The notes under the pieces were generated by a model that searched no databases, had not been told where the DNA came from, and was given only the letters and a program-made list of their open reading frames with translations. DNA of 34,369 nt, taken from positions 1-34,369 of the forward strand of contig JAFGPE010000026.1 in assembly GCA_016926055.1 (NCBI GenBank). Direction: 5' to 3'. The position numbers were made by a program, and so were the translations under genes. How positions within the stretch are numbered: the stretch's first letter is position 1; each line of letters opens with the position of its first letter. This DNA comes from Candidatus Woesearchaeota archaeon. Lineage in GTDB: Archaea > Nanobdellota > Nanobdellia > Woesearchaeales > JAADFO01. Shown piece by piece: positions 9,621-18,585 of the stretch.

Positions 9621-10757
9621 TCAACCAGGCTGAATTTTTGAGAATTTATGCACCTTTTTAAACCCCTCATATAGCTTTCTGAGATGCTCATTTACCTGTT
9701 CAATGATGCCTCTTCCACGGGCGGAATTCAGTTTTATCGCTTGGTTAAAAGAATCAAGGTATATGCTCTTCGCCTGGGAGAATATTGTTTCCGAGATTAT
9801 ATGAACCCCTCCATATGGGTCCCTTGAACCTCTGGTCCTGTTGACGCCTTTTGGTACAATTGAGCCCCTTAAGCTCAATATAAGGTCTCTTGGCTCGTCG
9901 TATTCGAAAATATACATGTGAGGGCCCGGAAGAACCTCAAGATAACGCACATCGAGATTTGGTTCTTTGATTTGCTTTTCAAGGTTTTCTATGACTTGTT
10001 TGCATTCAAGGTATGCTCTTTTGCCGTCATTGTTGAATATTTTCAACGCTCTTCTGAATGTCAGGTCAATATTCAAATCAGTTATGTAGTGAATTTTTAA
10101 TTTCTTTAATGTAAAACAATTATTTCTCTGATTTAAAACAAATTTCTCTCTGTTCATTCCTTCAAATAATGAATCAGTATATGTTATGTTTGGAAAGGGC
10201 GAATCCGCATAGTATGCATTTGCCTTGTTCAGAAGAGCAGCAATTGTTTCCATGTATAAGTCGGGCTCCAGATAAGTGACTATTGGCTTTGATGGCTTGG
10301 TTATGATTTTTTTGAATTTTTTTTCCAGGTCTTTTGAGAAATCGGAAAGATTCTTCATTTCATCATTTAAGCTGTTCTTCCTGCTGTCAAGAATTGATTT
10401 TATCTTGTTCTTGTTTATGCCGTATGTCGCCTTTTCCTTCTTTTCCACTGCACCCACTTTAAGCAAAGGCTTCAGTTGACTGAAAAGATTCTGCCGCTGA
10501 ATCTTTTTATTGAAGCGGTTCTCATATTCTGAGACGATATTTGAAGCCCTGACAGGAATTTTGTTTAATTCAAGTTCATAAACTGTCAAAAGAAGGTCAA
10601 GCTGCTGCTTTGTCAGACCAAGCCACTCTGGTTTAATGTCCATGAAATAACTGTAAATGGAACAATTATAAATTTCTTTGCAATCCTTCTGTTGTTCTTT
10701 TGAGCTCTCTTTCAAACGTTGCATAGTCTCCGAGATGTCTTTGCCTTTGAATTTCAT
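9621..10757 (-). CDS. hypothetical protein with an N-terminal winged-helix (MarR/TrmB-like) region and an uncharacterised C-terminal domain
   Basis: The segment LGLTKQQLDLLLTVYELELNKIPVRASNIVSEY...LKPLLKVGAVEKKE looks like a wHTH, followed by a coiled segment. The start is uncertain: 10757 overlaps the upstream radical SAM gene by 92 nt. In-frame ATGs at 10724 and 10643 are alternatives; 10643 removes the overlap. Confidence 0.55.
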   Translation of the reverse strand: MKFKGKDISETMQRLKESSKEQQKDCKEIYNCSIYSYFMDIKPEWLGLTKQQLDLLLTVYELELNKIPVRASNIVSEYENRFNKKIQRQNLFSQLKPLLKVGAVEKKEKATYGINKNKIKSILDSRKNSLNDEMKNLSDFSKDLEKKFKKIITKPSKPIVTYLEPDLYMETIAALLNKANAYYADSPFPNITYTDSLFEGMNREKFVLNQRNNCFTLKKLKIHYITDLNIDLTFRRALKIFNNDGKRAYLECKQVIENLEKQIKEPNLDVRYLEVLPGPHMYIFEYDEPRDLILSLRGSIVPKGVNRTRGSRDPYGGVHIISETIFSQAKSIYLDSFNQAIKLNSARGRGIIEQVNEHLRKLYEGFKKVHKFSKIQPG

Positions 10758-11694
10758 ATGCAGGACAGCCTACAATTATTCCATTTCTCTTTCGCTGTTT
10801 TCTGGCAGCAATGATTTCAGGAGAGTTCCATAAATCCAGGAAGGAATTATCTTTTATATTCCCGAATCTTGCTCCATCGTCGCAGAACAGGCAATATTCC
10901 GCTATTCCAACTGAGTTGATGGATGCATTGTTTCGTTCTCCGCAGCTCTCATTATCTTCAATGAAAGCATTGTAACCTTGTGGAATGGTGTAAAAGCAAG
11001 GCTGACTCAGTTCTAATCGGGTTGCATTGCCCTTGCTTACAAGCAATGCATCATGTTGTGCTTTGGCTAGCTGCTCTCCTGAAGGAAGCATATTAAGACA
11101 ATTTTGTATTGCGCTACCACTCGGAAACAAAGTTCTCAGCTTGAACTGCTGAACACCCATCCTTGAAACCAATAAATATGTTTTGACTGCATCATCAAGA
11201 TTTTCATCATACAAAGTGTATCTTATGGAAACAGGAAGCCCTGCTTTCAATGCGTTTGTTATTCCTTGCATAGTGTCGTTCCAGGCAGTTTCGGACTTAG
11301 AACGCATGTTCTGAAAACAAGGAGCTGATGAGTCAAGGCCAATTTGTACTGAATTCACACCTAAGTTCTTAAGTTCTTCTGCAAATTGTTTTGAGTCTAT
11401 GAAGTCGCCATTAGTGCAAAGCCTGACATCTGCAGGTTTTGCATACTCTATTAACCTGCATGTTTTTTCCCTTAACTGGGGATGCAATGGTTCTCCGCCC
11501 GTTATGGATGCTGATTCGAGTGTTCCTTGTTCTTTTGTTTCAGAAATTGCCATGAAGAAATCATCAAGGGTTGCAGGTTTGCCTATCCTTTCTTTATCGC
11601 TGTCTTTTGAACAACCAAGGCAACTACGATTACATGATTCGCCGACATTAATTCTCAGTTCCTTTGGGCTTACGATAATTCCCATAATTAACAC
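10666..11694 (-). CDS. radical SAM enzyme with a Cys-rich SPASM/twitch-like C-terminal region
   Basis: CX3CX2C motif (ESCNRSCLGCS) near the N-terminus, then GGEPL, then C-terminal cysteines (C..x..CGERN...EYCLFCDDG...GCPAY). The start is GTG at 11694 or ATG at 11685. Confidence 0.85.
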   Translation of the reverse strand: MLIMGIIVSPKELRINVGESCNRSCLGCSKDSDKERIGKPATLDDFFMAISETKEQGTLESASITGGEPLHPQLREKTCRLIEYAKPADVRLCTNGDFIDSKQFAEELKNLGVNSVQIGLDSSAPCFQNMRSKSETAWNDTMQGITNALKAGLPVSIRYTLYDENLDDAVKTYLLVSRMGVQQFKLRTLFPSGSAIQNCLNMLPSGEQLAKAQHDALLVSKGNATRLELSQPCFYTIPQGYNAFIEDNESCGERNNASINSVGIAEYCLFCDDGARFGNIKDNSFLDLWNSPEIIAARKQRKRNGIIVGCPAYEIQRQRHLGDYATFERELKRTTEGLQRNL

Positions 11695-11740
11695 GAATAC
11701 TGAGGTAATCGAACAGAGAATATAAGACTTCCTATATTTT

Positions 11741-11761
11741 TGTCATATTATAATTATGACA
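11741..11761. promoter_or_regulatory. perfect 7-bp inverted repeat TGTCATA-N7-TATGACA in the divergent radical SAM / ftsZ intergenic region (candidate operator)
   Basis: Read directly: tgtcata ttataat tatgaca. It lies just upstream of AT-rich TATA-like elements (11719-11740) of the minus-strand radical SAM gene. Confidence 0.3.
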
Positions 11762-11876
11762 TCATGCACTTTATCAATATAACTATTACTACACCAGTAT
11801 ACAAAAACGTAACATTTATATACTAGCTAGATTATAGGATAATTTTGCATTCTGCAAGGGAAAAGAGGTGAAAGTC

Positions 11877-12881
11877 GTGAATAGTCAGAAAACTGTTGTA
11901 GGCCAGGCCAACATAAAGGTATTGGGTGTTGGGGGTGCAGGAAACAACATGGTAAGCTGGCTTTATAAAAAGGGAATTAAAGGAGCAGAGATAATTGCAG
12001 CAAATTCCGACCAGCAGCATCTTGCCATATCTTCAGCAGACAGGAAGATTCTTATTGGATTTGACAAGTGCCGCGGTTTAGGATGTGGAGGTTTTCCTGA
12101 GAAAGGAAGGAATGCTGCGCTCGACTCAAGAGAAGATATAAGAAAGTCCCTTGAAGGCGCAGACATGGTCTTCATATGTTCAGGCATGGGAGGAGGCACA
12201 GGAACAGGTGCTGCTGGAGTGGTTGCAAAGATTGCAAAGGACATGGGAGCAATTGTCATAGGTAGCGTTACAATGCCATTCAAGATAGAAAGAGCAAGAA
12301 TTGAAAGGGCAGAGTTCGGGCTCGCCGAGTTAAGAGAGCACAGTGACACGGTAATTGTGATTGACAACAACAGGTTAGTCCAGCTTGCTGGAAACCTTCC
12401 TGTCGAGCAGGCTTTTGCTGTAGCAAATGAGCTTGTCTCAACAATGATTCGTGGAATAGTGGAAACTATTGCTGTGCCAAGCCTTGTTAATCTGGATTTT
12501 GCAGATGTAAAGGCGATAATGACTTGCGGAGGTGTTGCTGCTGTCGGCATAGGCATGTCTGACACAGCGAGTAGGGTCGATGAAGCAGTAAGCAAGGCTC
12601 TGTCAAACCCTCTGCTCGACATAAGTTATGAAGGAGCTGTTGGCGCATTGATACACATAGAGGGCGGGCCCGATATGACCCTCCAGGAAGTAGAGCGAAT
12701 AGGCGACTTAGTAACAAAAAGTCTTGATGAGGATGCAAATGTCATCTGGGGAGCAAGAGTAAATGATTCAATGAAAGGAAAGCTCTGTGTGATGACGATA
12801 ATAACAGGGGTTAAAAGTCCTTATTTAATTGGAAAACAGACAGCAAGAGTAACCCAGGAAGAGATGATGAGGGGGTGCTAG
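11877..12881 (+). CDS. ftsZ: cell division GTPase FtsZ
   Basis: Tubulin/FtsZ signatures VLGVGGAGNNMV and GMGGGTGTGAAGVVAKIAKDMGA. The track start is GTG 11868. GTG 11877 lies 5 nt after GAGGTGA (11865-11871) and is preferred. A TTTATATA box sits at 11815-11822. Confidence 0.93.
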   Translation: MNSQKTVVGQANIKVLGVGGAGNNMVSWLYKKGIKGAEIIAANSDQQHLAISSADRKILIGFDKCRGLGCGGFPEKGRNAALDSREDIRKSLEGADMVFICSGMGGGTGTGAAGVVAKIAKDMGAIVIGSVTMPFKIERARIERAEFGLAELREHSDTVIVIDNNRLVQLAGNLPVEQAFAVANELVSTMIRGIVETIAVPSLVNLDFADVKAIMTCGGVAAVGIGMSDTASRVDEAVSKALSNPLLDISYEGAVGALIHIEGGPDMTLQEVERIGDLVTKSLDEDANVIWGARVNDSMKGKLCVMTIITGVKSPYLIGKQTARVTQEEMMRGC

Positions 12882-12912
12882 GAGAGTATTGAGTTAATTA
12901 CGAAATAAGGTT

Positions 12913-13170
12913 CTATATTCTATAAATACAACAACATCTATGCACGTATTTCATAAACTCAGGAGCATTATCCTCCCTCATTGATCTCATAAAAGATTCA
13001 TGTGCCGCTGCCTTTGGAGATTCTTCTAATTTATTTTTTTGGACATCAATTTCTTCCAAACAAAACTTTACAAGGTCAACTAAGGGCCGATTCAATAAGG
13101 GATTTTGTTCTACTGCATAATACTCTGCAAGATAGTGCATCGTGAGTGATAATTGTTCAATTGTTAGCAT
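12913..13170 (-). CDS. hypothetical 85-aa helical protein
   Basis: ATG start with TTTATAAG (13195-13202, minus) about 25 nt upstream, the leaderless-type geometry. No recognisable family. Confidence 0.5.
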   Translation of the reverse strand: MLTIEQLSLTMHYLAEYYAVEQNPLLNRPLVDLVKFCLEEIDVQKNKLEESPKAAAHESFMRSMREDNAPEFMKYVHRCCCIYRI

Positions 13171-13194
13171 AACGTTCTTAGAGGTCTGAAGGAG

Positions 13195-13202
13195 CTTATA
13201 AA
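13195..13202 (-). promoter_or_regulatory. TATA box (TTTATAAG) for the leaderless 85-aa gene
   Basis: 24 nt intervene before the ATG at 13170. The same geometry recurs at several genes in this window. Confidence 0.4.
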
Positions 13203-13213
13203 TCTTTTTTCAA

Positions 13214-13230
13214 TACTCAAACAGACTCTT
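13214..13230. repeat. 17-bp direct repeat copy A (tactcaaacagactctt), an orphan copy of the polB 3' end
   Basis: Identical to 14456-14472. On the minus strand it reads TAA-AAG AGT CTG TTT GAG TAT-TGA, i.e. stop-KSLFEY-stop, the same last six residues as PolB. Confidence 0.9.
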
Positions 13231-13287
13231 TTATTTCTGTATGTGCACAAATCGCCGAAAGATTAAGAAATTATGTGCACGTACACT

Positions 13288-13815
13288 TTAAACCAGCAGC
13301 TTCTTCATCTCTAACATAAACTGCTTTGCTCTTTTTAGCGAAGTCCTTGCTTTCTGCTCCTGTATTGACTCGGTCATGTCATACTGGAATCTTGACCTTT
13401 TATCCATCTCCAGACCATACAGCCCAATAATCTCGTCTGATTTGATTGAAGCAATCTCCAAAGCATCCTCTTTTGCATTTTCATACTCTTCCAGAAGGCC
13501 TTTCTTTATCTTGTCCATGACAAGAACGATTAAAGCATCATTCGTGACTTTATGCACTACTTTATCTCCTGTTTTATAGCCAAGCTCAAGCAGGACAGCA
13601 TTTGCAATATAGAACATTGAATAATAGGATATGACAACCACCCAAATGAATGGCTTCAAACCGCTGCCCATGCATTCTTCAGCCAAGCTTAAAGATAAAT
13701 CTGCATTTTTTATGTACATGGCTTTTGCAGTTTCATTCTTTTCTTTCTTAATCAGCCCATCGGACAGATATTGCGCAAAGTTCTTCTGGGCCTCTTTCTT
13801 CCTCTCTTTATCCAT
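13288..13815 (-). CDS. HEPN domain protein (partner of the upstream nucleotidyltransferase)
   Basis: 175-aa all-helical protein with a HEPN-like layout (AKAMYIKNADLSLSLAEE ... ISYYSMFYIANAVLLELGY ... KRSRFQYD). 8-nt overlap with the NTase gene. Confidence 0.65.
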   Translation of the reverse strand: MDKERKKEAQKNFAQYLSDGLIKKEKNETAKAMYIKNADLSLSLAEECMGSGLKPFIWVVVISYYSMFYIANAVLLELGYKTGDKVVHKVTNDALIVLVMDKIKKGLLEEYENAKEDALEIASIKSDEIIGLYGLEMDKRSRFQYDMTESIQEQKARTSLKRAKQFMLEMKKLLV

Positions 13816-14395
13816 TGTTCATCTCGTAATACGCTTCTATTCCACATAGAATTATGTTATTTTTTAAAGCTTCCTGTCCTACATTTGATTTTTTCGTATC
13901 AATCATCTCCAAAAACTGTTTCTCAGAAAATACTAAATGATGTATTGGCAAGGGCAATAATCCTGCTGCCCTGCGAACATCTTTCTCAAATAGCTCTTCC
14001 CTTCCATCAGGAACAATAAACATTAAATCAATATCTGAATTCCTGGTTTGTGTTTTCTTTGCATAAGAGCCAAAAACCAGCAGCACACAGAGTTTTGATT
14101 TTAATGCTTTTTTGAAATCATTAAGCATTACAGAAAGGTTTTTGTCTTTCAACAATTCTTTTCTCCTGCCATATTCTGCTTCAAAGATAAGCGGATGCAT
14201 TTGTGAAACAAGCTTAACTCTGCTCGATTGCCCAAAGGACTCCAGCCTGACAAGTGATTCCTTTTCAAGCCTCTTGACAATGGAATGTACATTCTTATAA
14301 TCCATCTTCAATTCCTTGGAAATCCTGAGTATGTTGACCTCTTCATTTTTCCTCTCAATGAGATATCTGATAATTACAACATCCTTGCTTCTCAT
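13808..14395 (-). CDS. minimal nucleotidyltransferase (MNT family) with an N-terminal winged-helix domain
   Basis: Pol-beta-type NTase motif LLVFGSYAKKTQTRNSDIDLMFIVPD. The N-terminal ~70 aa are wHTH-like (ISKELKMDYKNVHSIVKRLEKESLV). GGTGA at 14403-14407 lies upstream of the ATG. Confidence 0.85.
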   Translation of the reverse strand: MRSKDVVIIRYLIERKNEEVNILRISKELKMDYKNVHSIVKRLEKESLVRLESFGQSSRVKLVSQMHPLIFEAEYGRRKELLKDKNLSVMLNDFKKALKSKLCVLLVFGSYAKKTQTRNSDIDLMFIVPDGREELFEKDVRRAAGLLPLPIHHLVFSEKQFLEMIDTKKSNVGQEALKNNIILCGIEAYYEMNNG

Positions 14396-14451
14396 GGCAA
14401 TATCACCGTATAATCATGGTATTATTAACATATATTTAAATATTTCCATTA

Positions 14452-16785
14452 TTAGTACTCAAACAGACTCTTCTGTTTATTGACTAAGTCATCAAAGCTC
14501 TTTCCGTAGAAAACCAGAATTGAATCCGCTATCGGCTTCAATTGCTTTTCAATGTAATGCTCGTAATTAATCTTGTGCTTTAACTCCTCGGCCGGCTCAG
14601 GCCCGTCACTGGTCATGTAATACTCAATGATGCTCGAACTAATTTTCTTGAGTTTTCTTGCTGCCTTGACATGAGGCGGAGTTGTCCTTGTGTATTCATC
14701 GACACCTTTCCTCAAGGCCTTCCTATACACAAGCAAATCATCATACTTTCCTTTCTTCAGCTCGTCAAGGAACTGCTTCACATATCCGACAACCTCTTTT
14801 TTCTCAAAGACCCTTGTTAATAACTCGAGCTGGAACTTCTTTGCCAAGTCCGTCCAATCCCTCCTTACAAACTCTAATCCTGTGAAATCCATCTTCTCTT
14901 TGCCATCCTCGACAAGCAAGCCAGCATACCTTTTCTTCGAACCTTCCTCACTCCCGCGCGTTTTCGGCATCAGGAATTTCTTGTAAACCTTGTCAAACTC
15001 TATCTCAAGGTAGCTTTTCCTCCTGTAGTTGTCATGAATGTATTTTTCCATGAATTTATTAATATCTGTCTCTATCTTCCTCCCAATCCTCTCTGCCTCT
15101 TCAGGACTATTAACATCAAGCTTCAAAAAGAGACTGTCAGTATCAGAATAAATTACCTCATATCCTTTCTCTTCAATATACTTTGCAGATAATTTAATAA
15201 TAAATTGCCCTGTGTGGGTTATTGCATTGCTCATTTCCATTGAAAAGAACCTGCAATTGGGGCTCGCAAGTACTCCAAAGAACGAATTCATCAGTATCTT
15301 TATAGCGTTGCTTGCAAGCGCATTCTTCTCCTTCTTCGCAGCATCACGTTGCTTCCAGAAGGATTGAATTATTGACGGCAACAATCCTTCTTCGTTCTTA
15401 AATATCGCGCCATTCGGCGTCTCAACATATTTCTCAGGAGTTTTGTTCTTCGCAGATAACTTGTCCCGCACAAAGCTCAACGGGTCGATATTGAAAGTCC
15501 TGATAATGCTCGGATACAGGCTCTTGAAATCCAGCACAACAACATAATCATATATCCCTGGCTTTGACTTCATCACAAAGCCGCCCGTTATAGGCTCTTC
15601 CTTCTCTGCGAAGGCAAGGGACATTGCAACATATCCTTTCTTTCTTAAGTGCCTGAGATAAAGCGAGTCAAACGATGCAATTGATGCCCTTACCCTTTCA
15701 AGGGGCATCCCTGTGAGCATTGACCTCAGGATAGAAAGCTTCACTACCCCTGTCTTCTCAAGAACCTTGTAGACAAGCTCAGAATCCTTTAAGTTATAGT
15801 CGACAAGCTTTTGAGGATTATTCTTATAATAATCCTCTATTGTCTCTGCCTTGGATACCTCTCCGATTAGTTTCTTCTCTCCAAGAAACTCAGAGGCTGC
15901 TGTTCCAAGCTTATAATCCTCAAGCTTTACAAAAGATGCTTTTAAAAGAAATATTCCATCGAGAGTTGCCCTTCCCGGAATATTCGCAGAGGAATCCCTA
16001 AAAAAATCTGTATTTATTCTAAGCCTATTCTCCCAGTCAATCCTTCCTAATCTGAACTCAATCTTGTGCTCCCTGAACTTGTTCCTTATGAAATCAAGGT
16101 CGAAATCAATCACGCTCCATCCGGTTATTATATCTGGGTCAAGCTGAATTACTGTCCTCTTGAATGCATCAAGCATTGACTTCTCATCATCAAAAGAAAC
16201 TGCATTTTCAAGCTCCTTGTTCGATACGATAAGCACTTTCTTGTAATCCCTGCAGTATATTGAGATGCTGAAAATACTTTTTCCCTGGCTGTCTGTCTCT
16301 ATGTCCATCGACAGCACTTTCAATTCAGGAAAGAACTCTGATCGAATTAGCTCAGGCTCCTCGTAAATCCTATCAACAAATATTCCTTCCTCAGGCAATG
16401 GCTTTTTGTGATTGCCGTTTATCTCAACAGCACCAAGAATGCTCTTGTCCATAAGAAAGCGCTGCGCAAACCTTATGTCTGCTTCATAACATTTTATTCC
16501 CTTCTCCTCAAAGCTCTTTCTCAGGAAGGGAACATCCTTTGGAATTGAAAGAATTATCTTTTCAACAGCCTCTTCGTCAAAATCCTTTAGCTCTGTGTGC
16601 TGGTGCTTAAACTCAGGCTCCTTAACCTCTTCAGCCCTTTTCAAATCCTCTCGCCTTATGAAGAAATAAGGCTTGAATGAATTTATCGTAAGAAACGATT
16701 CTCCGTTCTCAAGCCTTCCGAACAAATAAACTCTTGCAGAACCATTCTCAATCCTGTAAGTTGGATAAACTATAAAGCCCTTCAT
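14452..16785 (-). CDS. polB: family B DNA polymerase
   Basis: Exo motifs DIETD, GWSVIDFDLDFI and YNLKDSELVY. Pol motifs DFKSLYPSII, KILMNSFFGVL and YSDTDSLF. The track start at 16854 is TTG. ATG at 16783-16785 (MKGFIVYPTY...) has TATAAAAA centred about 25 nt upstream. Confidence 0.95.
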   Translation of the reverse strand: MKGFIVYPTYRIENGSARVYLFGRLENGESFLTINSFKPYFFIRREDLKRAEEVKEPEFKHQHTELKDFDEEAVEKIILSIPKDVPFLRKSFEEKGIKCYEADIRFAQRFLMDKSILGAVEINGNHKKPLPEEGIFVDRIYEEPELIRSEFFPELKVLSMDIETDSQGKSIFSISIYCRDYKKVLIVSNKELENAVSFDDEKSMLDAFKRTVIQLDPDIITGWSVIDFDLDFIRNKFREHKIEFRLGRIDWENRLRINTDFFRDSSANIPGRATLDGIFLLKASFVKLEDYKLGTAASEFLGEKKLIGEVSKAETIEDYYKNNPQKLVDYNLKDSELVYKVLEKTGVVKLSILRSMLTGMPLERVRASIASFDSLYLRHLRKKGYVAMSLAFAEKEEPITGGFVMKSKPGIYDYVVVLDFKSLYPSIIRTFNIDPLSFVRDKLSAKNKTPEKYVETPNGAIFKNEEGLLPSIIQSFWKQRDAAKKEKNALASNAIKILMNSFFGVLASPNCRFFSMEMSNAITHTGQFIIKLSAKYIEEKGYEVIYSDTDSLFLKLDVNSPEEAERIGRKIETDINKFMEKYIHDNYRRKSYLEIEFDKVYKKFLMPKTRGSEEGSKKRYAGLLVEDGKEKMDFTGLEFVRRDWTDLAKKFQLELLTRVFEKKEVVGYVKQFLDELKKGKYDDLLVYRKALRKGVDEYTRTTPPHVKAARKLKKISSSIIEYYMTSDGPEPAEELKHKINYEHYIEKQLKPIADSILVFYGKSFDDLVNKQKSLFEY
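14456..14472. repeat. 17-bp direct repeat copy B (tactcaaacagactctt) inside the last codons of polB
   Basis: Identical to 13214-13230. Encodes KSLFE plus the first two bases of the Tyr codon of PolB (...QKSLFEY-TAA). Confidence 0.9.
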
Positions 16786-16805
16786 AAGCCAAAATGAATG
16801 TTTTC

Positions 16806-16813
16806 TTTTTATA
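16806..16813 (-). promoter_or_regulatory. TATA box (TATAAAAA) upstream of polB
   Basis: Minus-strand CCATATAAAAAG. 20 nt intervene before the ATG at 16785, consistent with a leaderless or near-leaderless transcript. Confidence 0.4.
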
Positions 16814-16864
16814 TGGTTTTTGATTCCTTGTAGATAAATAGTTGTTTCAGCCAAAAATAATTTA

Positions 16865-18061
16865 TCATTTATGTTTTTTTATTGATTCTATCTGCTCCTT
16901 CGCAAGTTCATGGTTTTTGTCAAGAGACAATATCTTCTCGAATTCTGCAATTGCATCTTCATGTCTTCCCAGCTGCTTCAGTGCAACGCCGAGGTTGTAA
17001 TGTGTTTTCTTATTCCGGGGATTAAGCTTTGCTGCCTCACCAAAGCAGCGAACTGCCTGCTCAAAATCCTTCTTCCCGATATAAATCACGCCAAGGTTTG
17101 TATAAGCTCCTGGATTTTTCTCCTTGACCTTAAGCGACTTTTCAAGCACCTTAATTCCTTCTTCAGTGTTTCCAAGCTGGAAGTATGCAAATCCAAGGTT
17201 ATTCAGGATATCTGCACTATCGGGGTAGAAGCGAAGCGATTGCTCAAGAACCTTCTTTGCATCATCGGTTCTGTTCATCTTAATAAGAAGCCCTGTTAAG
17301 CCAAGTATTATCCTGTTTGATGAAGGGAACATCTTGTAAGCGCTGATTAATAAATCAAGCGCCTTGTCAAACTCGCCCATCTTTATATAAGCGCGGCCTG
17401 CCTCGGCATATGGCTTTGAATCATCAGGAATGTCTTTTATATGGGCCAAAGCAAAATCAAGATAGCGCTTGTTCTTTGCAAGCAATTCATCTGAACCTCT
17501 TGAAACGCCATAATGGTGTATTGGTATCTTTGAATCAATAATCTTTCCGTGATGCTTTAGAATTGAAGGCTCCATGAGCTCATGGACCTTGTAGCTGAAC
17601 CGGTATTCTTTCCTGTTTCTGAAAAGCCTTACAAGCCTTGATGGATACCAGCCATCATAGTCTGCAGCCTCTTCATAAGCACCGTCATTTATGGTATAAT
17701 CAACAGTGTCAAGCTCATTGCCGTAATTTCTCTGGATTAGTATATACGCGTCTGCTTCCTTGTCTTCGATTAGCTTCTTAATAATGGGAAGGTCTTTTGG
17801 CGATATCCTCTCGTCGCCATCAATCACGATAATCCAGTCAGAAGTTGCAGCATCTAATCCGATATTTCTTGCCGCAGAAAAGTCATCGCACCACTTGAAA
17901 TCAATAACCTTTGCTCCCAATCCCTTGACTATCTCCTTTGTCCTGTCTGTTGAGCCGGTATCGACAACTATAATCTCGTCAAGAACAGGCTTCAGGCTTT
18001 TAATTGCATCAGCAATATACCTTTCCTCGTTCAAGGCAATCATGCAAAGAGCTAATTTCAT
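16865..18061 (-). CDS. family 2 glycosyltransferase fused to C-terminal TPR repeats
   Basis: N-terminal GT2 motifs (MIALNEERYI..., VVDTGSTDRT, IVIDGDE). The C-terminal ~170 aa contain repeated TPR-like units (A..Y..G......A...). 4-nt overlap with the MBL gene. Confidence 0.85.
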   Translation of the reverse strand: MKLALCMIALNEERYIADAIKSLKPVLDEIIVVDTGSTDRTKEIVKGLGAKVIDFKWCDDFSAARNIGLDAATSDWIIVIDGDERISPKDLPIIKKLIEDKEADAYILIQRNYGNELDTVDYTINDGAYEEAADYDGWYPSRLVRLFRNRKEYRFSYKVHELMEPSILKHHGKIIDSKIPIHHYGVSRGSDELLAKNKRYLDFALAHIKDIPDDSKPYAEAGRAYIKMGEFDKALDLLISAYKMFPSSNRIILGLTGLLIKMNRTDDAKKVLEQSLRFYPDSADILNNLGFAYFQLGNTEEGIKVLEKSLKVKEKNPGAYTNLGVIYIGKKDFEQAVRCFGEAAKLNPRNKKTHYNLGVALKQLGRHEDAIAEFEKILSLDKNHELAKEQIESIKKHK

Positions 18062-18585
18062 TTTAATTCTCCAATTGTTGTTTTCTTCCCGCCATAGTCA
18101 TGGCCCGGATAAATAACTGTGTCAGGAGGCAGATTCATTAATCTTCTTATTGATTTGAATAGCTCCCCTTCATCTCCGCCGAAATCCGTCCTCCCGTAGC
18201 CGTGGACAAACAACGTGTCGCCTGTAAAAAGATTATTCCCTGCAAGAAGGCATATTGAGTCCATTGTGTGGCCAGGAGTATAAATAACTTCGATTTTTGT
18301 TTTCCCCACGGCCAGTTCATCCCCTTCCCTTAACTTAATCTCTGCAAGGCTATTCTTTTCGTGACCATAGATATTAATTTTTATTTTATTTTTTATTTCT
18401 TGAACGGCAGTTGTATGGTCGAAATGATTGTGCGTAATGATTATTCCGATTACATTCAAGCCCTTCACTTCCCTTAATATCTTCCCTGCATCCCATCCGG
18501 GGTCAATAATCACTGCTTCCTTTCCCTCAGCAAGAACATAGCAGAGATTGTCCATGTTTCCGACAGAGATTTGCTTTATTTTCAT
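18058..18585 (-). CDS. metallo-beta-lactamase fold hydrolase (glyoxalase II-like)
   Basis: HxHxDH motif (ITHNHFDH), then TPGHT and a later PGHDY. 175 aa. 4-nt overlaps on both sides. Confidence 0.85.
   Translation of the reverse strand: MKIKQISVGNMDNLCYVLAEGKEAVIIDPGWDAGKILREVKGLNVIGIIITHNHFDHTTAVQEIKNKIKINIYGHEKNSLAEIKLREGDELAVGKTKIEVIYTPGHTMDSICLLAGNNLFTGDTLFVHGYGRTDFGGDEGELFKSIRRLMNLPPDTVIYPGHDYGGKKTTIGELK

Larger units (their letters stand above)
13214..14472 (-). mobile_element. putative inserted cassette (wHTH-nucleotidyltransferase + HEPN) bounded by 17-bp direct repeats
   Basis: Perfect direct repeats lie 1242 bp apart and enclose only the two-gene MNT-HEPN module with its own promoter and SD. 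There is no integrase inside, so the mechanism is unknown. Confidence 0.4.

Noticed and set aside
16786-16854. TTG-initiated 23-aa extension of polB.
   Set aside because: The TTG start has no SD, and the extension covers the TATAAAAA box. ATG 16785 gives a normal PolB N-terminus.
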